This document shows positions 40,689-50,948 of a stretch of 64,000 nucleotides of DNA, piece after piece. The stretch's first letter is position 1. Each line of letters starts with the position of its first letter. The notes below the pieces were generated by a model, which made no database searches, was not told where the DNA came from, and worked only from the letters and a program-made list of their open reading frames with translations. The DNA is taken from the NCBI GenBank assembly GCA_021372435.1, contig JAJFUK010000110.1, positions 9,022 to 73,021 on the forward strand. The letters run 5' to 3'. The translations under genes were made by a program, and so were the position numbers. Origin of the DNA: Actinomycetes bacterium (lineage in GTDB: Bacteria; Actinomycetota; Thermoleophilia; RBG-16-64-13).

Positions 40689-43255
40689 GATGGGTCCGTT
40701 CCCTCTTGCCCCGGCAGTCCCTGCAGAGCCAGCGGGAGCACATCGACGAAGTTGTCTACGTAGACGATATCAAGGCCCCGCCTGAGCTCGGCCTGCAACT
40801 CCTCCACTTCGGGTCCCACCGTACGCGGCAGGACCACCGTCTCCACCCCCTCGCGCAGTGCCGCCAGGAGCTTCTCCTTGAGGCCCCCCACGGGAAGGAT
40901 CTGCCCGGTGAGGGTGATCTCGCCCGACAGCGCCACCTTCGGAAGAACCGGCACCTGGAGCAGCGCCGACAACAAGGCCGTCGCGACCGCGATGCCGGCC
41001 GACGGCCCCTCCTTGGGAACACCGCCCTCGGGGAAGTGCATGCGCACCTCGAGCGCCGAGAGCAGTTCGTGGTCGGATGGCTCGGGCGGCTCGCACTCCG
41101 CAGGGCGGCCTTCGGGCCAGAAGCCCGGTTCCGGGGCACCCTGGTCGACCACCCGGCTGAGGGCGGCGCGCGAATCGGCGCGTGATTCGGCGCCGGCCCG
41201 GCCTACGCTTCCCTCATCTCCCGAGTCGGGCTGCTGATAGTTGTCCAACAGGTACGCCCGCCCGGGCGAAGCGGCCCACAGCTCGGAGAGCACCGGGTCA
41301 CGCACCAGCGAGGTCTTCAGATAGCCCCAGGCCGCCGTCACGCTCTCCTGCATGACCTCGCCCAGTTGGCCGGTGAGATGGAAATCGCCTTTGCCCGGTG
41401 TCACCACGCACTCGATGCGGAGCACGTCTCCCCCTGCCCCCGTGTAGGCCAGGCCGAGGCTCACGCCCACCTGCGGCTCGGTCGCCAGGCGCGCGGACAG
41501 GAAGGGAGCCGGGCCCACCAGAGGAGCCAAGCTCCGCGGACCGATCCGACGTGGGATCCTCTTCCCCTCGATCCTCATACGGGCCAACCGCCGGTAGACC
41601 TTCCCGATGAGCCGGGCCATCTCGCGTACGCCGGCCTCGCGCGTGTACTCGCGGACGAGCGTGCGCAGCGCGCCCGGGGTGAAGACGTTGCCCAGGTCCG
41701 CCAGGCCACTCTCCTCGGCGATCTTGGGCACTAGGTGGCGCTGAGCGATCTCCAGCTTCTCCCGGTCGGTATAGCCGGGCAGCCGGATGATCTCCAGACG
41801 ATCGTGCAGGGTCTCGGGAATGTCTTCCTCGTAGTTGGCCGTAGCGATGAAGAACACGTGCGAGAGGTCGTACTCGAGCTCCAGGTAGTTGTCGCGGAAG
41901 GTCCGGTTCTGGACCGGGTCGAGCACCTCCATGAGGGCGGCGGCAGGATCGCCCCGCCAATCGGCCTCCATCTTGTCGATCTCATCGAGCACCACCACTG
42001 GGTCGTCCACGCCGGCCCGCTTCAGCGCGTCGATGATGCGGCCGGGCATAGCCCCCACGTAGGTCCGGCGATGGCCGCGGATCTCGCCCTCGTCCCGCAC
42101 GCCGCCCAGGCTGATGCGCTGCAAAGGACGCTCCAGGCCCTTAGCGGTAGCCATGGCCACCGAGGTTTTGCCCACTCCAGGCGGCCCTACCAGGCACAGG
42201 ATGGCGTTGGGAGGCGTCCCGCCCCGCAGGGAGGCGACCGCTAGGTACTCGATGATCCGGTCCTTGACGCTCTTCAGGCCGTAGTGGGTCTCGTCGAGGA
42301 CCCGAGCGACGGCCGCCACGTCGGGGACGGCGGCCCCAGAGCGTGCGCCCCAGGGCAGGCCCAGAGCGGTATCCAGGTAGGTCTTGGCGACGGCCACCTC
42401 CGCCGAGAGGGGTGGCAAATCACTCAGACGCTTGATCTCCTTGGTCAGCGCGACGGCGGCCGCCTCGGGCAGTTTCTTCTCCTGCAACTGCTTGAGGTAG
42501 GCGCCCCGTTCGCTGTCTTCCTCCCCTTCTTCTCCCAGCTCTTCCTGCAGGACCTTCAGACGCTCATGCAGGAAGACGCGGCGCTGCTGCCGCTCAAAAC
42601 TGTCGTGGACCCGCTCGGAGATCTCGTTCTCGAGCGCGATGAACTCGTTCTCCTGGATAAGGGTCTCGAGCAGAAGAAGCAGGCGCTTCTCCGGTTCGTC
42701 CCCCTCGAGGAGCTCCTGTTTGCGGTCGGGGCCGATCATCAAGTTCGAGGCAACCACGTCCACCATCTCGTTCGGGTCGGTCACCGCCTCGAGCGCCGTC
42801 TCGGCTTCTTCGGGCAGTTGCGGCGTCTGCCCCACATAGCCGGCGAATTCCCGTGCGACCGAATCCATGAGCGCCCGCAACCTCGGCCGCTTGATCACGG
42901 TCCTACCGGGCAGGGGATGGTAGCGTACGGTGAAGAACGGGGTCAGCGTCTCGAACGAGTCGATAGCGACCCGTTCCTTGCCCTCGACGAGGGCTTTGAG
43001 CGTGCCGTCGGCAAGGCGGGAGAACTGCACGACCTTGGTCAGGGTCCCGACCGGGTAGAGGTCGTCGGGTTCGGGATCATCGATCGCCGCCGAGCGCTGC
43101 GCGGCCATCACCAGCACGCCTCCGGACTGCTGCGTGTGCTCAAGAGCGCGGACGCCCTTGTCCCTCTCGACGAAGATCGGGGCCAGCATCCCGGGGAAGA
43201 GCACGAGGTCGCGCGTGGCCAGGAGCGGGACCGCCCGCTGCGTTTCAACCATCAT
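40685..43255 (-). CDS. lon: ATP-dependent protease Lon
   Basis: 856 aa with a LON N-terminal domain, AAA+ Walker A (GPPGVGKTS), and a protease domain with KEGPSAGIA (catalytic Ser) and the GGLKEKLLAA motif. Carries an insertion of about 65 aa before the catalytic Ser. Confidence 0.9.
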   Translation of the reverse strand: MMVETQRAVPLLATRDLVLFPGMLAPIFVERDKGVRALEHTQQSGGVLVMAAQRSAAIDDPEPDDLYPVGTLTKVVQFSRLADGTLKALVEGKERVAIDSFETLTPFFTVRYHPLPGRTVIKRPRLRALMDSVAREFAGYVGQTPQLPEEAETALEAVTDPNEMVDVVASNLMIGPDRKQELLEGDEPEKRLLLLLETLIQENEFIALENEISERVHDSFERQQRRVFLHERLKVLQEELGEEGEEDSERGAYLKQLQEKKLPEAAAVALTKEIKRLSDLPPLSAEVAVAKTYLDTALGLPWGARSGAAVPDVAAVARVLDETHYGLKSVKDRIIEYLAVASLRGGTPPNAILCLVGPPGVGKTSVAMATAKGLERPLQRISLGGVRDEGEIRGHRRTYVGAMPGRIIDALKRAGVDDPVVVLDEIDKMEADWRGDPAAALMEVLDPVQNRTFRDNYLELEYDLSHVFFIATANYEEDIPETLHDRLEIIRLPGYTDREKLEIAQRHLVPKIAEESGLADLGNVFTPGALRTLVREYTREAGVREMARLIGKVYRRLARMRIEGKRIPRRIGPRSLAPLVGPAPFLSARLATEPQVGVSLGLAYTGAGGDVLRIECVVTPGKGDFHLTGQLGEVMQESVTAAWGYLKTSLVRDPVLSELWAASPGRAYLLDNYQQPDSGDEGSVGRAGAESRADSRAALSRVVDQGAPEPGFWPEGRPAECEPPEPSDHELLSALEVRMHFPEGGVPKEGPSAGIAVATALLSALLQVPVLPKVALSGEITLTGQILPVGGLKEKLLAALREGVETVVLPRTVGPEVEELQAELRRGLDIVYVDNFVDVLPLALQGLPGQEGTDPS

Positions 43256-43264
43256 CCGTCCCGC

Positions 43265-44536
43265 CTATGCGGATTCTTGACCCAGGTCCAGGTCCTCGTG
43301 CGCCGAACTCGTCACCAACGTGGGATCGATCTTCTTCTCTATCACTTCCCGCGTGACGACGCACTTGGTCACGTCGCGGCGGCTGGGAAGCTCGAACATC
43401 ACATTGGTGAGCGCCGCCTCGATGATGGAACGCAGCCCGCGGGCCCCGGTCTCCAGCTTCAGGGCCTGCTTGGCGATGGCCTCCAGTGCCTCTTTGGCGA
43501 AGATCAGGTCGACCCCGTCGTACGCGAAGAACTTCCGATACTGTTTGGTGAGCGCGTTCTTCGGTTCGGTGAGGATACACACCAGATCATCCTCATGAAG
43601 TTGGTGCACGTTGCATATCACGGGCAGGCGTCCGATGAACTCAGGGATGAGCCCGAACTCGAGGAGGTCTTCGGGAAGTACCTTGGCGAACAGCTCGCCC
43701 ACGTCGCGGTTTTCCCGGCCCTGGATCTCGGCCCCGAAACCCAGTCCCTTCTTACCGATCCTCCGCTCGATGATCTTCTCCAAGTCGGCGAACGCGCCAC
43801 CACAGATAAAGAGGATGTTGGTGGTGTCGATGGTCAGGAACTCCTGGTGCGGATGCTTGCGCCCGCCCTGGGGCGGGACGCTGGCGTGCGTACCTTCTAG
43901 GATCTTGAGCAAGGCCTGTTGGACTCCCTCTCCGGACACGTCCCGGGTGATGGAAGGGTTGTCGGCCTTGCGCGCTATCTTGTCGACCTCGTCGATGTAG
44001 ATGATGCCGGTCTCGGCCTTCTTGATGTCGAAGTCCGCCGCTTGGATGAGCTTGAGAAGGATGTTCTCGACATCTTCGCCCACGTAACCGGCCTCGGTGA
44101 GCGCAGTCGCGTCGGCGATGGCAAACGGGACATTGAGGATGCGGGCCAGGGTCTGCGCCAGGAGCGTCTTGCCGCATCCTGTGGGGCCCAGTAGCAGGAT
44201 GTTGGACTTCTGCAGTTCGACATCGGCGTCCTGCAGCGTGCCCATGTGGACGCGCTTGTAGTGGTTGTACACGGCCACCGAAAGCGCCCGCTTGGCTTCC
44301 TCCTGCCCTATCACGTAATCGGACAGGACGGAGTAGATCTCCTTCGGTTTCGGCAGATTCTCCAGGTCGAGCGAGGGAGGCGCCGTGAATTCCTCATCGA
44401 TGATCTCGTTGCAGAGATCGATGCATTCGTCACAGATATACACCCCCGGACCGGCGATCAGCTTCTTCACCTGACGCTGGCTCTTACCACAGAAGCTGCA
44501 GAGCAGCTGCTCGGATCCTCCCGGCGGCTTCGGCAC
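43265..44536 (-). CDS. clpX: ATP-dependent Clp protease ATP-binding subunit ClpX
   Basis: C4 zinc finger (CSFCGKS...CDEC), Walker A GPTGCGKT and the ClpX layout. Confidence 0.95.
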   Translation of the reverse strand: MPKPPGGSEQLLCSFCGKSQRQVKKLIAGPGVYICDECIDLCNEIIDEEFTAPPSLDLENLPKPKEIYSVLSDYVIGQEEAKRALSVAVYNHYKRVHMGTLQDADVELQKSNILLLGPTGCGKTLLAQTLARILNVPFAIADATALTEAGYVGEDVENILLKLIQAADFDIKKAETGIIYIDEVDKIARKADNPSITRDVSGEGVQQALLKILEGTHASVPPQGGRKHPHQEFLTIDTTNILFICGGAFADLEKIIERRIGKKGLGFGAEIQGRENRDVGELFAKVLPEDLLEFGLIPEFIGRLPVICNVHQLHEDDLVCILTEPKNALTKQYRKFFAYDGVDLIFAKEALEAIAKQALKLETGARGLRSIIEAALTNVMFELPSRRDVTKCVVTREVIEKKIDPTLVTSSAHEDLDLGQESA

Positions 44537-44547
44537 CAGACGACCCC

Positions 44548-45132
44548 CTACCTATGCTCGAGTATCTTGTCGATGATCCCGTAGGCGAGCGATTCCTCGG
44601 CGTTCATGAAGTAGTCACGCTCGGTGTCGCGCTCGACTTTCTCGAGCTCCTGCCCGGTATGCTTCGCCAGGATCTCGTCGAGCCTCTTGCGCAGGCCCAG
44701 CGCCTCCCGGGCATGGATCTCGATGTCGGTCGCAGGCCCTTCGAAACCTCCCGACAACTGGTGGATCAATATCTTGGAATTCGGGAGAGCGTAGCGTTTA
44801 CCTCCAGCGCCCCCGGCCAACAGGAGGGCGCCCATCGACATGGCGACGCCCACACACATCGTGGAGACGTCGGGCTTGATGAACTGCATCGTGTCGTAGA
44901 TCGCCAGACCCGCGTAGACGTTGCCCCCAGGACTGTTGATGTAAAGGGAGACGTCCTTGTCGGGATCTTCCGACTCCAAGTGCAGGAGCTGCGCGACCAC
45001 CACATTGGCGACCTGGTCGTTGATGGCGGTGCCCAGGAAGATTATCCTTTCGTTGAGTAGACGCGAGTAGATGTCGAACGCCCGCTCGCCTCGGCCGGTC
45101 TGCTCGACCACCATGGGGATCAGTGGACTCAC
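44548..45132 (-). CDS. clpP: ATP-dependent Clp protease proteolytic subunit ClpP
   Basis: 194 aa with the Ser-His-Asp serine protease fold (GVAMSMGAL). A single clpP copy is present. Confidence 0.95.
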   Translation of the reverse strand: MSPLIPMVVEQTGRGERAFDIYSRLLNERIIFLGTAINDQVANVVVAQLLHLESEDPDKDVSLYINSPGGNVYAGLAIYDTMQFIKPDVSTMCVGVAMSMGALLLAGGAGGKRYALPNSKILIHQLSGGFEGPATDIEIHAREALGLRKRLDEILAKHTGQELEKVERDTERDYFMNAEESLAYGIIDKILEHR

Positions 45133-45155
45133 AGCGTCATCCTTTCCACGTAGAC

Positions 45156-46664
45156 TCAGCTCTGCTCGGCGGCCGCGTCGCGCGCCATATCTTCGTTCCC
45201 CACCGCCTGATCGCGGGCCGGCGCTTCCGCCTCCGCGGCGGCCGGGGTCTCAGCCGGCGCTTCCGCCTCCGCGGCGGCCGGGCTGTCCGCCCCCGGCGCG
45301 TCTGCCGACGCCGACTTCGCAGCCATGGCCGCCTTCACGCTCTCCGGGATGCTGAAGTCAAGAGGCGCCGGCTCCTCAGCCACCGCGCTCCCGGCGATGA
45401 AGTCGACCGCCTTATCGCGCACTATCTGCTCGCGCAGAGGTTCGATGCGGCCGTTCTTCCGCAGCCTGTTCTCAAGGGCCTTGACGTCGGTCCTGGTAGC
45501 GGCAGCCATCTGGGCGATGAGGGCGGACACCTCCTCATCGGTGGCTTCGAGACCTTCGGCCTTCGCGACCGCGTCGAGCACGAGCCCGGTCTTCACGGTG
45601 TTCGCGGCCCGCGGCTTCATGGTCTCGATGATCTGCTCCACAGTCGTCTCTGCGGCCTGCAGGTAGCCCTCGAGTGTGCCACCCTGAGACTCCAGCGAGC
45701 GCTTGAAGTCAGCCAGCATCTCCTCAGCCTGGTTACGGACCATCACCTCGGGCAAGTCGACCTGGGTGTTGTCGACGGCCGCCTGCAGAGCCTCGGCGAT
45801 CAAGCGCTGCTGTGCAGCACGTTCCTTGCCGGCCCGGATCTGGTTGCGGATCTCCTGGCGTAGTTCCAGCAGCGTCGCGAACTCACTGATCTCCGAAGCC
45901 CACTTGTCGGTGAGAGGCGGCAGTTCCCTCTCCTTGATGTCCTTGACCCTGACGGTGAAGTCCACGGTCCTGCCGCCCAGGTCATCTGGGAAGGCCGCCG
46001 GCAGTACGACGGGGAACGTCCTCTCCTCGTCGATGCTCATGTTCACGACCTGCTCCTCGACCTCCGCGAAGACCCGCTCGCCCCCCACCTCGAACACATA
46101 ATCACCGGCCTCGAGATCCTCCACCGGCTTCCCGTCGAGGGTCGCCCGCAGGTCGGCGGCGATGAAGTCGCCCTTTTGGACGCCCCGGCCGGTGACCGGC
46201 CGTAGCTCGGCGAACTCGTTGCGAAGCCGGTCCATCTGCGTATCGACCTCCGAGTCCTCGACCACGACGGGTTCCTTGGGCACCTTCAGGCCTTTGTACT
46301 CGCCCAGTGCCACCTCGGGCATGACCGTCACAGTGGCCTTGAAGCCCAAGGGCCTATCCAGCTCGGGCAGCTCGCCCTCGAGGTCGATCTGCGGGTGGTC
46401 GACGGCTTCCAGGCCCAACTCAGCCATCGCGCCGCTGAACCACCCGGACATCCGCTCCTCCACGGCGTCTATCAGGATGGTCTCGTCGCCCAACCGCCGG
46501 CGCACCATCGCCGTCGGCGCTTTGCCCGGACGAAAGCCGGGGAGCCGCGCCTCTCGCGACAGTCGCCTTAGGCGGGCGTCGAAGGCTTCCTGCAGTTCCT
46601 CGCTGGAAACCTCGACTGTGAGCTTGACCGTGTTCCCATCACGCTCACTGAGGGTCGTCTTCAC
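45156..46664 (-). CDS. tig: Trigger factor
   Basis: 502 aa with a ribosome-binding N-terminal domain (GFRPGKAP motif), an FKBP-like PPIase domain and a C-terminal arm. GTG start at 46664. Has an extra Ala/Glu-rich C-terminal tail encoded by a direct DNA repeat of about 36 bp. Confidence 0.9.
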   Translation of the reverse strand: MKTTLSERDGNTVKLTVEVSSEELQEAFDARLRRLSREARLPGFRPGKAPTAMVRRRLGDETILIDAVEERMSGWFSGAMAELGLEAVDHPQIDLEGELPELDRPLGFKATVTVMPEVALGEYKGLKVPKEPVVVEDSEVDTQMDRLRNEFAELRPVTGRGVQKGDFIAADLRATLDGKPVEDLEAGDYVFEVGGERVFAEVEEQVVNMSIDEERTFPVVLPAAFPDDLGGRTVDFTVRVKDIKERELPPLTDKWASEISEFATLLELRQEIRNQIRAGKERAAQQRLIAEALQAAVDNTQVDLPEVMVRNQAEEMLADFKRSLESQGGTLEGYLQAAETTVEQIIETMKPRAANTVKTGLVLDAVAKAEGLEATDEEVSALIAQMAAATRTDVKALENRLRKNGRIEPLREQIVRDKAVDFIAGSAVAEEPAPLDFSIPESVKAAMAAKSASADAPGADSPAAAEAEAPAETPAAAEAEAPARDQAVGNEDMARDAAAEQS

Positions 46665-46704
46665 ATCTATCCTTTCCTCGATTCAGTTCCGGGGGCGCCT
46701 CGAG

Positions 46705-46784
46705 TGCGGGTGAGAGGACTCGAACCTCCACGTCAAAGACACATGATCCTAAATCATGCGCGTCTGCCATTCCGCCACACCCGC
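46705..46784 (-). tRNA. tRNA-Leu (anticodon TAG)
   Basis: Folds as a cloverleaf by hand: acceptor GCGGGTG/CACCCGC, D-arm GTGGCGGAAT-GGCAGACGC (Leu-type), anticodon loop TTTAGGA, long variable arm, T-loop GGTTCGAGTCC. CCA not encoded. Confidence 0.75.
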
Positions 46785-46796
46785 CGACTCCCGAGG

Positions 46797-46870
46797 GGTG
46801 AACGACGGGACTTGAACCCGCGACCGCTGGGGCCACAACCCAGTGCTCTACCAACTGAGCTACGTTCACC
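46797..46870 (-). tRNA. tRNA-His (anticodon GTG)
   Basis: Encoded G-1 opposite discriminator C73, anticodon loop TTGTGGC, T-loop GGTTCAAGTCC. Confidence 0.75.
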
Positions 46871-46910
46871 ACGTTCTCCACACCCCGGTAGCAAACCACC
46901 GGGCCCGAGA

Positions 46911-46984
<74 letters not shown>

Positions 46985-47023
46985 TCGTTCCTCCCGGCGG
47001 CAGTAGCGCACAGCCGCCGGAGG

Positions 47024-47096
<73 letters not shown>

Positions 47097-47126
47097 CTGC
47101 TCATGCCCTGCTGCTCCGCCGGACCA

Positions 47127-47203
47127 TGGTCGGGACGAGAGGATTCGAACCTCCGACCCCCTGCTCCCAAAGCAGGTGCGCTACCAGGCTGCGCCACGTC
47201 CCG
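47127..47203 (-). tRNA. tRNA-Pro (anticodon TGG), CCA encoded
   Basis: Acceptor CGGGACG/CGTCCCG, anticodon loop TTTGGGA, T-loop GGTTCGAATCC, followed by an encoded A-CCA. Confidence 0.75.
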
Positions 47204-47374
47204 ACAGACGCACTCCTCTGGTTCCGGCTGCAGAAGTATACCGTATCGGCCTTTTCCCTGACCTCCAGGCCGTTTGTGCATTACACTGGAGAGTATGCGC
47301 CGAGGATGGTCGCCGTGTGACCGCGGCGCTCGAGCGGACAAGCCGGGGGACGCGGCCCTCGATAAGGAGAGCGT

Positions 47375-48310
47375 ATGCGGATACTGGTAACTGGAGGAGC
47401 CGGCTTCATCGCCTCGCATCTGAGCGACCGCCTGGTATCCCTGGGCCAACAGGTGTCGATCGTGGACGATCTATCCACCGGCAAGCGCGAGAACGTCCCC
47501 GAAGCAGCCACCTTTTACGAGATCGATATCCGAGACGAGGCCTTGGACCGGGTGTTCGAGGAGGAGAGCCCGGACGTCGTGATCCATCACGCCGCCCATG
47601 CGAACGTCGCCGAGTCCGTACGCGATCCCCGCTACGATGCCGACGTGAACATCCGGGGCTCCCTCAATCTGCTCGAATGCTGCGTGAGGCACGGCGTCGA
47701 ACGGGTCGTCTACGCAAGCACCGGTGGCGCCCTCTACGGAGAGGCGTGCTACCTGCCCGCCGACGAAGCCCATCCCATCGACCCCGTGTCCCCGTACGGG
47801 GTCAGCAAGCACGCAGTGGAACAGTACCTCTACTCCTACCGGCAGAACCACGGGCTTGACTATGTAGTGCTCCGTTATCCCAACGTCTACGGTCCCCGCC
47901 AGGACCCCCACGGAGAGGCGGGGGTCGTGGCCATCTTCTCCCTCCAGCTTCTCAGCGGAGAGCAGCCGGTCATCTTCGGAGACGGCAGCAAGACACGGGA
48001 CTACTGCTACGTGACCGACATAGTCGACGCGAATATCCTCGCTCTTAACAGCCCGGGTGGAGCCGTCTACAATCTGGGACGGGGCATCGAAGTGACCGAC
48101 CTTGAGGTGTTCCAGACCGTCCAAGAAGCGGTCGGCTCGAACGCTACACCGCGATTCGTCCCCGTGCGACCGGGAGAGGTCGAACACATCGCCCTGGACG
48201 CCTCGAAGGCGGAGAGGGAGTTGGGGTGGAGATGGAAGGTGGACCTTATCGAAGGCGTGGCCAAGGCCGTGGAGTTCTACCGTACAGAGAGCGAGAGGAT
48301 ACGGACGTGA
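47375..48310 (+). CDS. NAD-dependent nucleotide-sugar epimerase/dehydratase (UDP-glucose 4-epimerase-like short-chain dehydrogenase)
   Basis: N-terminal GGAGFIASHL Rossmann motif, a YGxSK-type active site (YGVSKHAVEQ), 311 aa. AAGGAGAG Shine-Dalgarno sequence upstream of the ATG. Confidence 0.8.
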   Translation: MRILVTGGAGFIASHLSDRLVSLGQQVSIVDDLSTGKRENVPEAATFYEIDIRDEALDRVFEEESPDVVIHHAAHANVAESVRDPRYDADVNIRGSLNLLECCVRHGVERVVYASTGGALYGEACYLPADEAHPIDPVSPYGVSKHAVEQYLYSYRQNHGLDYVVLRYPNVYGPRQDPHGEAGVVAIFSLQLLSGEQPVIFGDGSKTRDYCYVTDIVDANILALNSPGGAVYNLGRGIEVTDLEVFQTVQEAVGSNATPRFVPVRPGEVEHIALDASKAERELGWRWKVDLIEGVAKAVEFYRTESERIRT

Positions 48311-48924
48311 GCAAGAGAGACCGACGCGACGGTGACCGCCGCGGTGAACGCCGCGAGAGCCAGCCGGAGGACGAACAGCAGCACCGTACAGGCGAAAGCG
48401 AGGTGCAGGAGGGTGACTCGCTGACGGCCCTCAAGGCCATCCTCTCCAAAGTGGCGGCTCTTCTCAAGCCACTGCAGTTGACCTCGGAGGAGTCGATCCG
48501 GCTGGTCGAACAGCTCTACAGCAAGGTCCTGGAGACGGATTTGCAGCTCGCGGCCGAGACCGACGACGCCCGTAAGTCCTCTGTGTTGGCGGCCATCCAG
48601 TACGCGACGATCCGGCGTGAGGGCGACAAGGTCATAGTGGACTACTCGACCGCCGCCGCCGATGACGCACAGGTGGCTTCCAGACCCGACGCCCCGCCGG
48701 AGGCCGGCGGAGGGCAGACCACGCCGGCGCAGACACCCCCTGCCGCGGCCGGCACGGCGGCCGCTGACGCCGCATCACCCGCGCCGCCTGTCCCAGAGCC
48801 TGCGATGGCTACCGGCGACCTCCCGGCTCCGCCACGAAGCCCGGGCGCGCCCCGGCGGACCGCACCCAGAAAGGTGGCCCCGGCCGCTGCGGCGCCCGCC
48901 GACCCCGCCCCGCCGGAGGACTGA
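48307..48924 (+). CDS. Hypothetical protein with a charged N-terminus and a Pro/Ala-rich C-terminus
   Basis: GTG at 48307 overlaps the epimerase stop (GTGA), so the two are translationally coupled. Arg/Asp/Glu-rich N-terminus, a predicted helical core of about 80 aa, and a PAPP-rich tail. No family recognised. The track ORF starts earlier at 48226. Confidence 0.45.
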   Translation: MSKRDRRDGDRRGERRESQPEDEQQHRTGESEVQEGDSLTALKAILSKVAALLKPLQLTSEESIRLVEQLYSKVLETDLQLAAETDDARKSSVLAAIQYATIRREGDKVIVDYSTAAADDAQVASRPDAPPEAGGGQTTPAQTPPAAAGTAAADAASPAPPVPEPAMATGDLPAPPRSPGAPRRTAPRKVAPAAAAPADPAPPED

Positions 48925-48961
48925 CGGGGCCGCGCGGCGGACGGGCTGCCGACGGACGATC

Positions 48962-48999
48962 TCGGGCGCCCGCGCGGGCGCGGGCGCGCCTTTGTGCTC
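48962..48999. terminator. Putative bidirectional intrinsic terminator between convergent genes
   Basis: Perfect 16-bp GC palindrome GCGCCCGCGCGGGCGC (48966..48981) followed by GGGCGCGCC and TTTGTGCTC. Lies between the convergent hypothetical gene (+) and the PfkB kinase gene (-). Confidence 0.35.
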
Positions 49000-49008
49000 G
49001 GCGATTTC

Positions 49009-49920
49009 CTAGTCGAAGTAGGTCAGCCGCTTGAAGTAGTCGAAGCGTTTGCCGATCTCGTCCTGGGTCAGACGTAGCAGACGATCCAGGCTGAAGTCCT
49101 CGACCGCGAACGACGCGATCGTGCTCCCGTAGATGATGGCCCGCGCCAGAGCGGCGTCATTGATCTCGCCGCACGCTGCGAGCGAGCCGACAAAGCCGCC
49201 GGCGAACGTATCACCGGCCCCGGTCGGGTCGAACACCTCCTCAAGCGGCATGGCCGGCGCCGCGAAGAACTCGCCGTCGCCCGAGCAGGTCATGAGCACG
49301 CCGTTCTCTCCCCGTTTGATCACGACCGTGCCCGGACCCATCGCCCGCAGTATACGCGCCGCCTTGGCGAGATTGGCCTCGTTAGAGAGCTGCCGCGCCT
49401 CGGCATCGTTGATGATGAGCACATCGACGCGCCGCAACACCTCACGCAGCTCATCCGGCGTCCCTTCTATCCAGAAATCCATGGTGTCGGCGGCCACCAG
49501 CCGGGGAGAGGTCACTTGATCGAGCACCTCGAGCTGCAGCCGGGGATGGATGTTGCCCAGGAACACGAACGGAGACGAGCGGTAGGCCTCGGGGATGACC
49601 GGCCGGAACTGTTCGAATACGTTCAGCTTGGTGTAGATGGTCTCGCGCGTGTTGAGGTCGAACCCATACTCGCCCTTCCAGCGGAACGTCTCTCCGGGAA
49701 CGGTCTGCAGGCCGGATAGATCGATACGCCGCCCTTCGAACAACGAGGTGCCCCGGTCGCCGAAGTCCTCGCCCACCACCGCGACCAGTCTGACGTCGGT
49801 GAAGAACGAGGCCGCCACCGAGAAATAGGCCGCTGATCCTCCGGCGACGCGCGTCACCTCACCGAAAGGGTTCCTGATGGTGTCGAGCGCGACCGAGCCT
49901 ACGGCCAGAACAGGTTCCAC
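49009..49920 (-). CDS. PfkB-family carbohydrate/nucleoside kinase (ribokinase-like)
   Basis: 303 aa with the PfkB signature DPTGAGDTFAGGF near the C-terminus. Confidence 0.8.
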   Translation of the reverse strand: MEPVLAVGSVALDTIRNPFGEVTRVAGGSAAYFSVAASFFTDVRLVAVVGEDFGDRGTSLFEGRRIDLSGLQTVPGETFRWKGEYGFDLNTRETIYTKLNVFEQFRPVIPEAYRSSPFVFLGNIHPRLQLEVLDQVTSPRLVAADTMDFWIEGTPDELREVLRRVDVLIINDAEARQLSNEANLAKAARILRAMGPGTVVIKRGENGVLMTCSGDGEFFAAPAMPLEEVFDPTGAGDTFAGGFVGSLAACGEINDAALARAIIYGSTIASFAVEDFSLDRLLRLTQDEIGKRFDYFKRLTYFD

Positions 49921-49927
49921 GAGCCTA

Positions 49928-50791
49928 TCACCCTACATACTTGCCGATGAGGGGGGCCAGATCCCGTTTCGTCTCGGCCGGGATGGCGTCGGGACTCGTG
50001 ATGACGGCCGTCGCGAGAGCGCTTCCGCACGAGCAACCGCGCTCCACCGGCACCCGGCCCACGGCCTCCGCGATGAGCCGCTGAGCAGTGCCCGCATTGC
50101 GGGCCAGGTTGGCGACGACCATGTCCACGGTCACGTCCTCATCCTCCGGATGCCAGCAATCGTAGTCGGTCACCAGGGCGATGGTCGCATAGCAGATCTC
50201 GGCTTCGCGGGCCAGCTTGGCCTCTTGGAGGTTCGTCATGCCTATGACATCCATGCCCCAACTCTTGTAGAGACGCGACTCGGCCAAAGTGGAGAACTGG
50301 GGTCCCTCCATGCATACATACGTGCCGCCCAAGTGAGCACGGGCGCCCACCGCCTGCGCCGACTCGAACGCGATGCGGCTCAGCTCGGGACAGACCGGCT
50401 GGGCGAACGATATATGCACGGCGAGGCCCTGGCCGTAGAAGAAGGTGCTGATACGCCCCCGGGTCCTATCGAAGAACTGGTCGGGAATGACCACGTCGAG
50501 CGGCGGGTAGTCCTCTTTGAGACTGCCGACCGCGCTGGCCGAAAAGATCCGCTCCACCCCGAGGAGCTTGAACCCGAAGATGTTGGCGCGGAAGTTCAGC
50601 TCCGACGGCGGGATCCGGTGGCCGGCCCCATGCCGCGCCAAGAAGGCCACCCGGTGCCCATGGAGCGTCCCCACCACGTAGGGACCGCTGGGATCGCCGA
50701 ACGGCGTCGAGAGTCGCACCTCCTCTCGGTCCGACAACTCCGCCATGTCGTAGAGTCCGCTCCCCCCGATGATGCCGATCTGAACCGCCAT
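49928..50791 (-). CDS. mtnP: S-methyl-5'-thioadenosine phosphorylase (PNP family 2)
   Basis: [10 protein letters not shown]-terminus, [18 protein letters not shown] and the MTAP family layout, 287 aa. Confidence 0.85.
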   Translation of the reverse strand: MAVQIGIIGGSGLYDMAELSDREEVRLSTPFGDPSGPYVVGTLHGHRVAFLARHGAGHRIPPSELNFRANIFGFKLLGVERIFSASAVGSLKEDYPPLDVVIPDQFFDRTRGRISTFFYGQGLAVHISFAQPVCPELSRIAFESAQAVGARAHLGGTYVCMEGPQFSTLAESRLYKSWGMDVIGMTNLQEAKLAREAEICYATIALVTDYDCWHPEDEDVTVDMVVANLARNAGTAQRLIAEAVGRVPVERGCSCGSALATAVITSPDAIPAETKRDLAPLIGKYVG

Positions 50792-50948
50792 GTTCCTCCT
50801 TCAGGGACGCACGGCCACGCCATTGCCTGCACTCGCCCGGACGGAAGTCCATGGGACAAAGGCCGCAGGAACAAAGTCCACCGGTGCCGGCTCCAGGGTA
50901 CCATGGACACGCCGCCCGGCCGCCCGGCCGGGAAGCTCCCCTCGCCGC

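Noticed and set aside
49009-49920. PfkB kinase as a methylthioribose kinase completing a methionine salvage pathway
   Set aside because: Canonical MtnK belongs to a different (APH-like) kinase family, and MTAP already produces MTR-1-phosphate. Kept only as a hypothesis under the MTAP/PfkB finding.
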